Shown here piece after piece: positions 28,701-40,139 of a stretch of DNA of 64,000 nt (positions within the stretch are counted from its first letter, which is position 1; each line of letters begins with the position of its first letter). Source of the stretch: Nitrospirales bacterium (lineage in GTDB: Bacteria; Nitrospirota; Nitrospiria; Nitrospirales; UBA8639); the NCBI GenBank assembly GCA_965203295.1, contig CBDBCZ010000016.1, positions 640,001 to 704,000 on the forward strand. The letters are read 5' to 3'. The position numbers and the translations under genes are program-made. The notes below the pieces were generated by a model. It did not search any database, was not told the origin of the DNA, and was given only the letters and a program-made list of their open reading frames with translations.

Positions 28701-31700
28701 AGATGGATCTCACAAAAGTTGCTACAAATCTAAAGCCCATTTCAAAGATGCAGCAATCATTGTACCCTGCAGCAACCGGCTCTTTAGCTGATTTATCATT
28801 TGCATCAACTTTGCATGACCCTCAATCTATTGTTAGAATACCACAAACATTCGTGAATCTTATTGTAGAGATGCTGTACACATTTGTTCTCCATATGAGT
28901 ACAACTGAGAATAAATCAGAAAGTCTCACATCCTGGTACCAACGCTACAGTGATATTGTAAGTGCATCCAGCAATGAAATCTTTACTAAACACTCTGTTC
29001 ATTATGTTTATTGCATCATAAATTATTTGATTCGTATAGATGTCAATGCCAACAATGGAAGAGAATATCATTCTTGGCTCAACCTCAGTGCGGACCCAAA
29101 ATCAGCTACGCATTCTGCATGCTACCTACCTGGTCATGCAATGCTGTCCTAGTTCAGTGTCATGCAGAGGTCAACAAGTGTTCAGAACCTTACATTCAAA
29201 ATGCCTTCTACAAGACATGAAGGTACATTGGGATGTTACGTAGCAGTTTATTATACTATTACAGGTTCTTTGTTCTATTCCAATACTTTATCCACTAAGC
29301 CACTGAAGGATTTTGAAAAGCCATAATATCTCTTTGGAAAATTTGTTTCTGATAATTTTTTCCCAAAATTACAATGGTATAATTTTTGCCTCCCTGTGAT
29401 TCTCATTCATATAGTATGTCCCCCACCCATTAAATCTTTATTGACAGAGATTTGAGATAGCAAGTTATGATGCACTATACTACTCACCATGCAATACAGA
29501 GGAATTGCATGATCCTCAGTCAGATAACAAGAGCGGAGATTGCAATTATCACTTTTGTAATCTATTTATGTATCTGTTACGTATAGCTTAGAGCATGGGC
29601 AGCTATGTTCTAACTAGGCCGAGGCGAAGCCGAGGTCTAGTTTGAACATAGAGCTGTCCATGCTCTGAGCCATTAAGTATATGCACATCTTCAGCTTCTT
29701 ATGCTCTATGGGATTCTTACTATACTCTATGAGAATTATTGCATACACTTGTTACTATAGTAACATATACTAAAGTATTATAAAATTTAGACCCAGTCAT
29801 GAATAATATCCTTTAAAGTAGGCCAGCTTAATGAGGTATCCAGATCTGATGGATACCTACCAGCAGGTATCTATCGAAGTTGTACCACAGCAGCCATACA
29901 AATCAAAGGCACGGCCAGGTCAATATATATCACTAAGATACCTTATCTTTATATTCATGAGTCAATATGTGCTGCATAATAGATTCGCCCTCCATGTGTA
30001 TATCACTAAACCACCTCAACCTCATTATGTAACCTTAACTTATATACCTCATTTTTATTCATGATTTGCCTGTCACAACTGAAGAACTAGTAATACTTAA
30101 AGGTCAATTTGGGTGAGGGGAATTTAAAGTCCGAGGCGAAGCCAAGGATTTTAACCCCTCATCCAAACTGACCTTTAACTGATTTAATGTACATTGGTAT
30201 AGCAATGATCCCTGTATGTGGCCTCCTTTGAGTGCTATAAGCTTGGTAAAAAGTAGTTGCCATGGTAATGTACATTACCACTTCAAATAAGACACTGGCT
30301 TTCACTGCTGTCATAACACCAGGTCTAAATCAGTTAGACCCTCTGTGTCTGCATCTCAGTCAATAGATACCTTCCTGGGCTGTGGTATCTATTATTCTGA
30401 GATACCTCCACCTCGTTGTCTAACCAAAAGAATGCTCAGTTAGTGTACGTACTTGTGTGCATTCTAAACAGTAGGTGTGTGTGTGTGTATGTGCATGTGT
30501 GTGTGTGTATGCACTACATGCATATTATTTATTAACGCCTCACACAACAGGTGGATGGACCATTTCTGTATTTACAACAAGTGATGGATGCTGGATTGCA
30601 AGCATTTGCAGCAACTCCGCTCTCCCCAACAATTCATGGAAGGGAGAGCTATTGTGTGCAGTCGTTTATTGAAGGATTATTTGCGTTTACTTTTTCAAAA
30701 CACTGTGCTTCGTTCCCTGATGAGGATTGTTGGTACTTCCTGGAAACTGCAAACCAGCAAAATTCCTACCGTACTCAGGGAACAGCTACAGTATTAGTAG
30801 AAGATCCTCACCATTGTAGTTTCACAACTATGAATGTATTCAAGTTATACCTTTCCAGGATTCTAGGTGAAGCTATTGAGGAACATCATGATCAGGTACA
30901 TTGCTATACTCTGGGACTGTTGTAATTGTACTTGCTTTGCCTTTACTCACTGTTATGATACACAGAAGGAAGAAGCTGTAGTGAAAGACCAAGCTGCCAA
31001 TGAGTTAATGCTTCATGATGCTAAGGTGACTCACTGTTTTCTGCTGTTTTGCTCTACATAGAGAATTACCTTTTTATGATGTTCTGTCAGGGTCGTGGAA
31101 TGGTGGGCAAAGTGCTTACAGCCAAAGTTGAAGGCTCACCTGGTCCCTACATCCCCTTGTTTTACCAGCTAAAAGGCTTCCAGTGCAGCGAGTTTTCGTG
31201 CAAGGGATGCAAGGTTGTGATCATTCACTTTATAACTTGATACCTTTCTACAGTTTAGTGTGTATTATTTTTCTGTTGCTTAGAATGCATTAATGCAGCA
31301 ACCTTTGGCCCACTTGTACTTTTTGACTGTGTTAGAGCATCTGCAAAGCCGGGGAAATCTTCCCAACCATCTTGTCAGACTTACAGGAAGCATTACAAGG
31401 GTAAGCTGCATGCCATTAGGTTTATGATTTTATGATTGCCACATTGATATATGGTACGCATTGTTAGCACCACACTCTCAGACATTGTAAGTAATATAGA
31501 TAAGGTAAACTCTCGTTTCAGCTTTTAGAAATGCAGTCGACTCCCAAATCTGAGAAGGTGTTGCTTTTCATTGAGAAGCAAGCTGTTGTTCAAGTTCTCA
31601 TTCAGCGAGTTACTGAATATTTTGACCCCAGAGAACCTCAAAAGGTTCAAGATGTAAGTTGAACCGTGTAAGGAGAACATAACCGATGTGTAGCTGTAAT

Positions 31701-34700
31701 ATGTTTCTGAAGTAAGGATTTAATTTATAATGTAGTAATTGGAGTGAGCCTGAGTCTTACACTAGCAGTTTGTTGTAACATTTTTTTGTCTGTCCAGTAT
31801 GCTAAATATTTCAGCATGCTGTGATTCTTAACCATCTGGTTGCAAATGTTCCCATTTTCCAATAATTGCCATGTGGGCCAGCCTTTGTTATGCTAACTAA
31901 TCATACATGTACTAACAATTACTTCCTCTACACAGCTGTTCAGTGCTCGACTAGTCAGCGGATTGAACCCTCTGCTAAGTGACAATTCAATGGGAGGGAG
32001 TGACTCTTGCGTTGGTTATCATGGGCTTGTGTTTGCTATGCAGCTACTAAGGCAATTAAATAGTCAGCAAAAGTTGATTGATCTGCTAACTGATCACCAG
32101 AGCACACTTGTACAGACTATTAGTGGTATGAAGCCTCTTCAATCACTTGTCAAGGTTGGTTGGAGCACAACCCCAACTGTATATATCTCATTGGATGGGT
32201 AGTCATTCAATATCACTGGATATTGGACGAGTCTGTGCTGTATTTGGGAAAGTTTATAGGACGAGCCAAATACAAGCAAGACAAGTCCAATGTCCAGTGA
32301 TATTGGATGGCTTCATTGTATATTGTACACGCCTTGTCCCCATGATTCTAAAAGGCCTGTTCATCAAGCCATCCAATATCACTGGATATTGTAATATAGG
32401 AAATACTACATAGTGGTACTATGATTGTACAATATTGGGTAATATTGCTCATTAGCTACTGTATTGTAATACTATCTAGAGCCAACCAAAGAGTGAGGCT
32501 CACCTCTTTCCATTCATTGGGCATCAAGAGTCCAGTGCTCTCAGCCACTTCTACCAACAAATTTGGGAAACCTTGGACAATGTGCGCAGCAAGAGAGCAA
32601 GCCAGGAATCTATTGCTGTGTTGGTAAAACTTGCACATGAAAGGTTTGAGGACATGTATAGTAGTGTCTGCTGAGAGATATACTCATATCATTAATGTAC
32701 TGCTTCTATAGCTGCAACAGTGACAAGAAAATGAAGTTTAATGCTCTTCTCATCGACAAGAAAAATGCCTTCCGGATGCTGCTGTGGTTATGCGTTTATT
32801 ATAAATTCTTTGTCACAAAGGTACTCTACTATCTAGCATCTCATTTCTCTATGCAGTATGCATTTTTTCCTTCCTTTTTAGATCCATTCCCGAGTATTGG
32901 CAGATACGATCAATGTCCATCTAAGGGGTATTTTTGAGCCTCAGTTTATCAGCTTCTTACAGAGTTTTCTGTTCCCTGCTGAGTACATGATACGAAGCCC
33001 TGAACAGCCACCACCAATGAATGAAAATGCCCCCAGGCTCCGACTCACAGAAGATTATCAATTTGTTCCAGTGAATAGTAATGGTGAAATGACAGATCCT
33101 TTATATGACCTGTTTAACTCAATTCATCAACCAAAGCCAGGTAATACAGTAAAGCTATATTCATTATGTAGTTTTTGGTGTAATGACTAAATAATGATTT
33201 GTCATTTAGATCCATCAGATGTTGAACTATGCCATGCAATTGCCAATATGGTGGCTGTTGTACTGGCCTGCCCGCCTCGTTCCAATCATTTGTGGTACCA
33301 CATGTTTGCTGCAGATGGTCTCCTTGGAACACATATGACTGGATTTATGGTGATACTGCATAACTACTTTGTATATGGTAAAACAGTTCACAAAAACAAT
33401 ATCAGTGGATAGCAGAAAGTGTATCTCACAAATTAACGATCAACAGTCTCATGTTAATCAAAATATACCTTGGAGAAGCACACTAGATAGTTCAAAAATG
33501 TATTACTCTCTATCTCTACATAAGCAATCCATGTGTGGTTGCCTTGATTGTGGCGTTCTCTGCTACGTACTTGCCAATCCATGCTCTTTTCTCTGGACTG
33601 TGACATTTTCACCAGGACCGAAAGCCAGCTAGATTTTACAACCGGTTTCCAGCTTACATCAAACTGGTTGACTGTAAAGCAAGAAAGGATTATTTTCTAG
33701 AGCTGTCTGGTTACTTTCACATCGAAAAAAGTAGAATTTCCTGAAACGCTTTACAAGGAAATTTGACAGGAAATGGGATATTTCGGGTACAGGGTAGTAT
33801 AGGATAGGGCAGAATTTTTTGATTTTAAAGGAAATTCTGCCCTATCCTATACTACCATGTACCTAAAATGCCAGATTTCCTGTCAAATTTCATTGTAATG
33901 CTTTTCAGGAAGTTCCACTTTCTTTCCCTTGTGTTTGCAAGCTGTATTAGAGATGTTCTGTACTAGATTAATAGCCACATGCATTGAGGAGTCAAAGGCT
34001 ATGATGACAAAATATTGTGGTGATGCTGTCACCCATTGTCCATTTAATTCTCTGCCAAATTTCCTGCTGTTGATATCAAATGTAATAATATGTTGTTTTT
34101 TGTGCAGTATAAGGAAAAAACGACCGAAGGACGCCTGTATGACTGTGGGGTGGAGCTAGCAAGTGACGGCACATATGGCAGGCCAGACTATCTTCAGCAT
34201 GCCACTCGAGGAACGTTGAGCCTGCACTCACTCTACCTCATCCTATGGGCCAACTTTGGTGCATTCTGCATGGCCCTGGTCACTCAAGCTGATGCTCAAG
34301 AGAAAATTTATGGGCCCGTTATATCAACTTGGCAGTCTGTTCGCCACTACTGTGTCATGCAGCTTCGTAGTGTGTGGCTGCACATAGGCAATAACCTGCA
34401 GCTCTCACTTGATGAGCGATCCTTTTTTATAATGCAGTGTATGCAGAACCTATTGGAGGTAATGTTTTAGTAGTAGTGTATTTGATATTTCAGTAGAGTG
34501 AACCTTGTTCTTGTTCTATAGGTAAGTATTAGGCAACCACAGCTCTTAAAAAGTGGGAAGTTTGACAAGCTTGAAGATTTGGATGACTATGAAAAGATGT
34601 GGCATCAGTTGATTTTTACACCTTCCTTTAATAATGTTCATGAAAAGGTAATGGCTATTGTACATCAACACATCATATACACCTCAAGCTCATTATGAAC

Positions 34701-37700
34701 CAATTACCCAATCTAGTTTGCAGAACACTGTAAGCTCACAAAAAATGCTTTGTTCAGAGACCTGAGGTAATGTTCTTAGTTGAACCCCTAATTCTTAAGA
34801 AATGTTTCATGGTATTCACTTTGTACCTGTACAGCTGTCTAGAGGTCCACTATCCCCACTTTCCTACAATGGATGAGTTTTCCCAGACCATGCTATCATC
34901 AGTAGACATTGGTGATGCCTCAAAGAATGAATTCTATGTATTGTCAAAGTTTGTTTTGGAGTATCCTCGCCTAAAAGCTGCTGGAGCACTGCTTCCTGAT
35001 TTGCTGGAATTTTACCAGTGGATACACAGTGAATTGGCATACTTGGTCACCCGTAAGTATGCAGAAAAAGAAAGTATTGGGACGGTAATCACCACAGCAG
35101 AAGAGAAGTATGCAGGAGTCGACCTTAATAAGTTATTTGAAAGAGTGAAAGGTACCATAACGTTTTTACAACTGGTAGACAGTAGCTGTTATGATATTGT
35201 CTTCATCTAGATGGCTACAACAAGTATGCAGAAGTAACTGGATACTCTATTGGTGCTGGTGCCTGTGCTAACAATAAGAGAGAAGGAACTGTTCTTCAGA
35301 TCCAAGATGATACCAAGCTCAAGAACTTTCTCTCTGTGGATACTGAAGACCAGTGGGAAGGCAGTGATCTGTTACGTGTTGTAATACATGATATTGTAAG
35401 CTCATGCAGTGAATGATACCTGTATAGTGATTGTGAGAATGTCTTTAATTCTCGTTTCAACAGATTACTTTCCACAACAGTTTTCTTCAGACTGTTTCTG
35501 ATGTGGGTAATGTTTCAGAGCATCCTATTGAGCCATCTGAGCATGAAATGGATCCCATCCATCCAAATGAAGTGAATGAAGATGTCATGATAATTGGAAA
35601 AACTATCAAGTGAGCAAACTCGCACATTTAATTTTCATATTTCACTTATTTTATTTCAATATCTAGGAGTCATGGAATTGATGAACATCTGCAGTTAGTG
35701 CGCAGTCGTTACTTGCACCCTATTCAAGACGAAGCGTGTCCTTTTGATCTCAAACGACTACAGAGTGATGTGATCAAAACCTACTTATCAGGAAAACCCT
35801 CCATTTGCCACCTGCCAGACTGTGGTCACGATCGGATTCTTTTTAAGTTCAAAAAGGAACACATTGACAAGCTAGTCTTGGAAGGTGCTGACCTTGACTT
35901 ATCAGTTATTTCACAGTACATTACAGAGGAGTTTAAGGTATTACTTTCTACTTTTTCCCCCTGCTTGTTACACAGTGTTAAATTATGGTATTCGTATTGC
36001 AGCTTCCACTGGATGAGCACTTGGAAAAGGCCCTTGAATATGAGTTCTACACAGCTGACTACCACACACTAGTGAAAGTCATCACTGGGCTAAAAGTTGC
36101 CACTGAATATCTTATCAAGGTATGCATGAAATATAAAGTGAAAAGCTAACGAGTGGATCCGGATACATTAACATATTATTTCTTGCAGAGTCTTCAACTG
36201 CCAGATGAAAATGAAATCGAAGGTACTGATGAGCTTGAACAAAAGACACTGCCTCAGTTTTTACTTCTAGTTTTCAAAGAACCGGAAGAAAAGGAAGAAA
36301 TTCTAATGGAAAACATTGGGATAAAAGGGTCAGCATTATATAGGTTATATCTTTTCATAGCTTCGTATTTATTTTTTCAATGCCTTTGCAGTCTTCCTCA
36401 GTCTCAGCTGGAATACCTACACTCTCTGAAGCTCCCTTTCTTGTACTCCACACTGGAGCAGTTTGTAGAGTGGGTGAGGGATGGAATGTATGATTTCCAT
36501 CAGCTTCCATTGGTGATGAGAAAGCACCTGGAACCGCAAGATGAAGTAGCATTGAATAGTTTTCAAAGCAGCTATAAAGGTATATTGTGTATAATAGTGT
36601 AGCCCCATCAGGAGGATCATTAACTGAGGTGATTTTTCTTGTCTTTGGAGGTACTACCAACGCACTACTGCAGGAGATGCGGACTCTCACTGAGGTTCTT
36701 GTTCACTCAGAGTCAGACATAAGAAATTCTATTTCTAATCATATGCAGGTGAGTGATATGCTTCGATATTAGACTAAATTCGTTTAACAAAATTGTCATT
36801 CATAGAAACCCATTATGGTGTATCTGAGCGAGTATGGACTTTATGGTGATGAAGGTGAACAACTAACAAAGTTGATCCCTACTTCAGTCCTTTGCCAGCA
36901 CTATGTTGCACTTCGTATCTTTCTCCGACGGTAAGCGTTATGTATAGTATACTCTCTTTTACCATTGCTCATTAAGTCCTTGCTGGTACAACTTTGTATG
37001 TTATATACTTGATAGGAAAATAGCAGAAGTGTTGAGTGAAATATCAGCAAGGAACCGTGAGCAAGTGGAGAGCCAGGGAGACCGCTGGGTAGAGTTTGTA
37101 CAAGACCTCTGGAATGAAGATGGTCTCAAACACCTTTGGGATGTTGCTATGCCATATGTCAATGATCACCAGTTTGTGTTTGACCCATCTACTCAAATTT
37201 ATGGGTTCCAGAGCCTCCGAAATGAAGATGGGATAGAAGCAGAAAAACCCCTTTCATTTATTCTTACTGAAGACGAGGAGGAAGTAGACAGGAAGCAGCC
37301 AGTACTACATTCAGTAATAGAACCACAGGAAACTAGTCTGCCACCTGCAGCAGGTCCTACGGGTAAGTGAGGTTCTTGCCAGCAAATGCTATTATGAGGC
37401 TCAAGCCAGGGTTTCTGCTGTATTTACAGAAGCTCTGCCAAATCGAACTTTGTCCATACGTTGACGCCACTAACTAATTGTTCTTTACCCCCTAGTCTCT
37501 TCAAGTAACAAAGACCTCGAAGACATTGCTGAGAATATCACGGTTGAAATGGTGACCGAGTTGTTATACAAGTGGAAATTAGACAGATACAAAGACCTCT
37601 TGTCTTGTAGAAATATCGATGGGTATGACTTGTTCACATGTTCTGAAAAGGACTTGGAGGATCTCGGAGTTACCAATGGCATTGATCGACGTAAAATTCT

Positions 37701-37746
37701 GAAGAACATCAGGAAACATATAAAGGAACTAGCTAAGTTTACCTAG
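1359..37746 (+). CDS. RNF213-like: RNF213/mysterin-like giant AAA+ ATPase, multi-exon, about 5,300 aa; first exon uncertain
   Basis: Phase-compatible spliced exons traced, e.g. 1359-1763, 1837-2033, 2220-2344, 7007-7123, 7193-7323, ~9733-10006, 10218-10386, 11628-11831, 12226-12309, 12376-12470, 13645-13912, 14112-14713, 15531-17022, 22689-24125, 27124-28417, 34108-34458, 37496-37746 (stop TAG). RNF213-type motifs: GETGVGKT, LDEINT, IIASCNPHR, YYVRKL, SQRDIHR, GDPGSSKT, VVFMDEAGL, FVAISNHVLDAAKTNRA, FGLRDF, ESFYDLFNQ, PFLNRFEK. Confidence 0.92.
2063..2172. mobile_element. MITE with TAGCC...GGCTA termini (AcademH-type family)
   Basis: TIR TAGCCCCATCTCCAGGCCTTCCCTGCACACATGAAAA / TTTTCATGTGTACAGGGAAGGCCTGGGATGAGGCTA; degenerate 9-bp flanks ATATTTACT/ACATTCACG. 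Confidence 0.7.
2532..2651. repeat. 30-bp tandem repeat (AGTACTATCAACATCACTGGCATTGGAATA) x4
   Basis: Near-perfect direct repeats; a further copy at about 6636-6665. Confidence 0.9.
2776..5844 (+). mobile_element. 5'-truncated, frameshifted non-LTR (LINE) retrotransposon: RT plus C-terminal CCHC-type knuckle
   Basis: RT motifs across broken ORFs 2873-5653 (YKKGD..DPGNYRGITL, QAGFR, GVAQ..MSP.LF, LMFADD at about 4307-4325, YLGI); CKLC...E...VLWECP; (TAT)n tail; 16-bp TSD TAGTCACATGCCTAAA at 2760-2775 and 5845-5860. Confidence 0.92.
4778..4916. mobile_element. 139-bp palindromic MITE nested in the LINE, IS3EU-like
   Basis: Near-perfect hairpin TATGGTATTCGG...CCGAATGCCATA with 6-bp TSD CTACTC (4772-4777, 4917-4922); removing it restores GYSSKTCNEAVR. 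Confidence 0.85.
5845..6670. repeat. Composite host repeat (direct and inverted copies) into which the LINE inserted
   Basis: 5845-5955 is repeated at 6398-6507; 5960-6060 is inverted at about 6530-6630; related sequence at 2652-2775. Confidence 0.75.
7968..9196 (+). mobile_element. Non-autonomous Helentron/HINE-like element interrupted by a MITE
   Basis: Homologous uninterrupted copy at 39644-40108; subterminal ACCAGCCGG/CCGGCTGGT inverted repeat, (ACAG)n tract, 3' GC-rich hairpin. Confidence 0.6.
8055..8795. mobile_element. 741-bp non-autonomous DNA transposon with ~200-bp TIRs (AcademH-type)
   Basis: TAGCCTCATTCCCAGGCTCTACTTC...GAAGTAGAGCCTGGGAATGAGGCTA; 9-bp TSD GTTAACTGC/GCTAACTGC. Confidence 0.85.
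18201..24991 (+). CDS. AAA+ core exons of the RNF213-like protein (AAA2 to AAA5/6 region)
   Basis: Walker A-like SLPG|NGKT split by intron (18309/18381); Walker A GETGVGKT (20979-21002) with Walker B YLDE (~22241-22255); Walker A GDPGSSKT (23439-23462) with Walker B VFMDE. Confidence 0.92.
18643..19235 (+). repeat. Tandem duplication of a ~300-bp tRNA-containing unit in an intron
   Basis: CAGACTAAGTTTGGGTGTAGCAC... begins at about 18644 and 18946; the first copy lacks the 5' two-thirds of the tRNA. Confidence 0.85.
19105..19178 (+). tRNA. tRNA-Thr(AGT)-like sequence (tRNA gene, pseudogene or SINE head)
   Basis: D arm GCTC/GAGC, anticodon arm TCTGA-CTAGTAT-TCAGA (anticodon AGT), T arm CTGGG-TTCAATC-CCCAG, A and B boxes, TTTTT at 19182-19186; acceptor stem imperfect. 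Confidence 0.7.
29582..29780. repeat. Hairpin repeat with CCGAGGCGAAGCCGAGG core; inverted copy at about 55718-55907
   Basis: Shared GAGCATGGGCAGCTATGTTCTAACTA arm and TACACTTGTTACTATAGTAACATATACTAA block in opposite orientation. Confidence 0.7.
33725..33925. repeat. Palindromic (fold-back) intronic element
   Basis: AAATTTGACAGGAAAT...GGTAGTATAGGATAGGGCAGAATTT paired with AAATTCTGCCCTATCCTATACTACC...ATTTCCTGTCAAATTT. Confidence 0.75.
37496..37746 (+). CDS. Last exon: C-terminal SAM (sterile alpha motif) domain
   Basis: TVEMVTELLYKWKLDRYKDLLSCRNIDGYDLFTCSEKDLEDLGVTNGIDRRKILKNI fits the SAM consensus (L..Y...f....IdG..Ll.l...dL.elGi....R.kil..i); phase-1 join to the preceding exon. Confidence 0.85.
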
Positions 37747-37774
37747 CTTATGGTGTTATAGTGGTATTTCCCTT

Positions 37775-38040
37775 TATTTTTGAGTATTATTATCATGTCT
37801 GTATTCTGTAGAAGAGACTTTCTAGCTACAATACTTTTGCTGTAGAACTTTTCTTTGTGTTTCTCTTGATTTTTTGAGTACTGTAATAATATGTCTATTC
37901 TGTAGAACAGATTTTCTAGCTACAATACTTTAGCTTGTTGCTTTTATGTATACAGAAGTTTCTTAGCATTTTCCTTGATTTTTTTAGTACTGTAGTAATA
38001 TCATGTCTATTGTGAAGGAGAGATTTTTTAGCTACAAATA
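37775..38040. repeat. About three diverged ~100-bp tandem copies in the presumptive 3' UTR
   Basis: Recurring TTTTGAGTA...ATGTCT..TTCTGTAGAA...TTTCTAGCTACAATAC. Confidence 0.6.
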
Positions 38041-38984
38041 CCTTAATTTGCTGTTTTATTGACCAGGCTACATTAATGTAGGTAGAGAAAGGGTCTAGAT
38101 ATCCCCACATGCACGTCCATGTCACCCTCATGGAGTTGAAGTATTTGGAGGCCTGCATGTACGTAGCTACAAATACTCTATAATGAGCTAGGAATGTTAC
38201 CCTCTGGGTGAGGAGGATTCCATCTGACCATCTGAGCTTGATGGGGTTATTTATTTAACTCTTGTTGTTTGCATTCGAACTAAGCTAATTATTGTTCTCA
38301 TCAGCCATTTTTGGTTGGATGCCTTACGTTGCTACATGTACCAGTACATCTTTTGATATACGCCCACTGAAAAAAGGCTATAACAGTGTACACAGTGGCC
38401 CTCAAGCTACTGTCAACCTCCATTCGCCTATATATTATGCTGGACAACCAACCTACAAACCTCAGTAGCTTTAGCTGTCGGGAAGGGTTCTCAATGCCAA
38501 ACTTCTCATAATATTATGTGCATAATTAGACTAGCTATAGCTAAACTAGCGTGTAAGTAGTGCTGTAACACTAACCCTAACCACCTTAATCATTTAATTA
38601 ATTAATTAATTAACCCTCTGGTTCCTAACCCTGACCCTAGTCTTAAACCTGTTCCTAACCCTAGGGATGAATCGGGGATGAATTGGCTGACGCTAATTGG
38701 CAGATAACTTGCATAATGGTCGCTCGAGCATAGATAATAGAGCACGTTCTTTGTTAGATGCACATCTAGAATTAGTGGGTGTGTACAACGACTTAAACCA
38801 CGCGTATGAATCTAATAGCCCGTGGACACATGTACAAGTTGTCCCAGTAGGGGTTTCTCCCCTTCTATCCAGGCTGTCTTCTGCAGTACGTGCATCATTG
38901 CTAGTCTAGATAGTTAGCTATCCCCAAATTGGTGGGGATAGCTATACAAATCTGCTGTGCAATGCAGTAGCTATCTTGAGCCCA

Positions 38985-39525
38985 ATAGATTCATCCACAG
39001 AGATCTGGTACATAGCTACGATGGCTATTGTTTCTATAGCACAGCAGACGTGCCTTGAACTCTGCTCTTGGTGCTCATGTTCTTTAGAGTTGGTTCTAGT
39101 GAGTGTTGTCATCCAACTTTATCTGCTCTCCTGAGGTATATGACAGCATCTTAATTCGCTGGCAGCCATCCTTAGAACACAGGAGGAATATTTCCATATA
39201 TTCACTTTGTGGATGTCCAGCTCCAGAATGGTGGTTCAGACTGTGGCATGTTTGCTGTTGCTCTCACAACACCCCTTTGTGGTGGAATAGATCCCCATGT
39301 CCTAGCAGTCCAAGATGTGCAAAGAATGCTTTATTGCAAACAAGCTCGTAAACTTCTAGGAAACTCGTAGAAGAAAAGGTTGGAGCGGCAGTGTCTCATT
39401 GCTACTAGGGCCAGTTGATGTGTTTTGCCACTGTCGCCTGATTTGGAACCGACTTGGTGACCTTCTTGGAGACCTGATTTAGCTAGCTATGTCCCGGGTG
39501 GTTTCATAAAATCTGCGAGGATGTC
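38985..39525 (+). pseudogene. Decayed Ulp1-like cysteine protease plus PHD-finger cassette (transposon accessory gene remnant)
   Basis: Fragments across frames: EVYDSI, VDVQLQNGGSDCGMFAVA (QxNGxDCG motif), VFCHCRL, CPGWFHKICE; frameshifts and stops. Confidence 0.65.
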
Positions 39526-39643
39526 AAAATTTTAATGTTCAAACATCCCATCGTACTGTAGTAAAATGTTGTATGGTTACTTCAGTAAATGCATCATCTT
39601 CAACTTTGTGATTGCAAAGAGGTCCATGTAATATCACTTGAAA

Positions 39644-40108
39644 AACAAGTCTGACATTTCATGTCTAAAAAACCAGCCGGACGCCTTTCCCGTACAATAC
39701 ACACAGCTCAGCTTAGGCCAAGCTATTAAACTACAGCTGTAGAGCCAGAGATGCCTAGAGCGGTACAGCGAAAGTGCTGACTCAGCAGTTTCGTCATGCG
39801 CCTCCAGTTAGTAGCCATATGCCAAGAAACCAGGATTTTTACGGCTACCTACCACGTTTTCGCCATCTAGGCAACACAAAACTACCTTCATTTGCTGTAG
39901 CTTGGCCTGTAAACCTTCAAAAGCTGCTATAACACTGCAGTTGCATAGTAACGTATGACGTAATATATTGCGCACGTGATAAGTGCGGACGCACAATTAC
40001 AAACAGACAGACAAACAAACAAACAGACAAACAAACAAACAGACGCGGAAAACGTAAAGCAATTTTTATAGTACCAGCCGGAGCGCGCGCAGCGCGCGAA
40101 CGGCTGGT
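39644..40108 (+). mobile_element. Helentron/HINE-like element, uninterrupted copy
   Basis: Homologous to 7968-9196; (ACAA/ACAG)n tract and terminal hairpin ACCAGCCGGAGCGCGCGCAGCGCGCGAACGGCTGGT. Confidence 0.6.
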
Positions 40109-40139
40109 AATTAGTTTCAGTGGTTCCATATTTTTTTAA

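Noticed and set aside
29265..29376. Apparent exon with AG/GT boundaries
   Set aside because: Stops in all three frames; exon 29040-29222 joins 30551 directly in phase 0
31091..31213. FQCSEFSCKGCK as a possible RING remnant
   Set aside because: Only three Cys, wrong spacing, no His; insufficient for a RING call
13685..37370. Treating the many separate + strand ORFs as an operon of independent genes
   Set aside because: They are exons bounded by splice sites that join in phase into one protein
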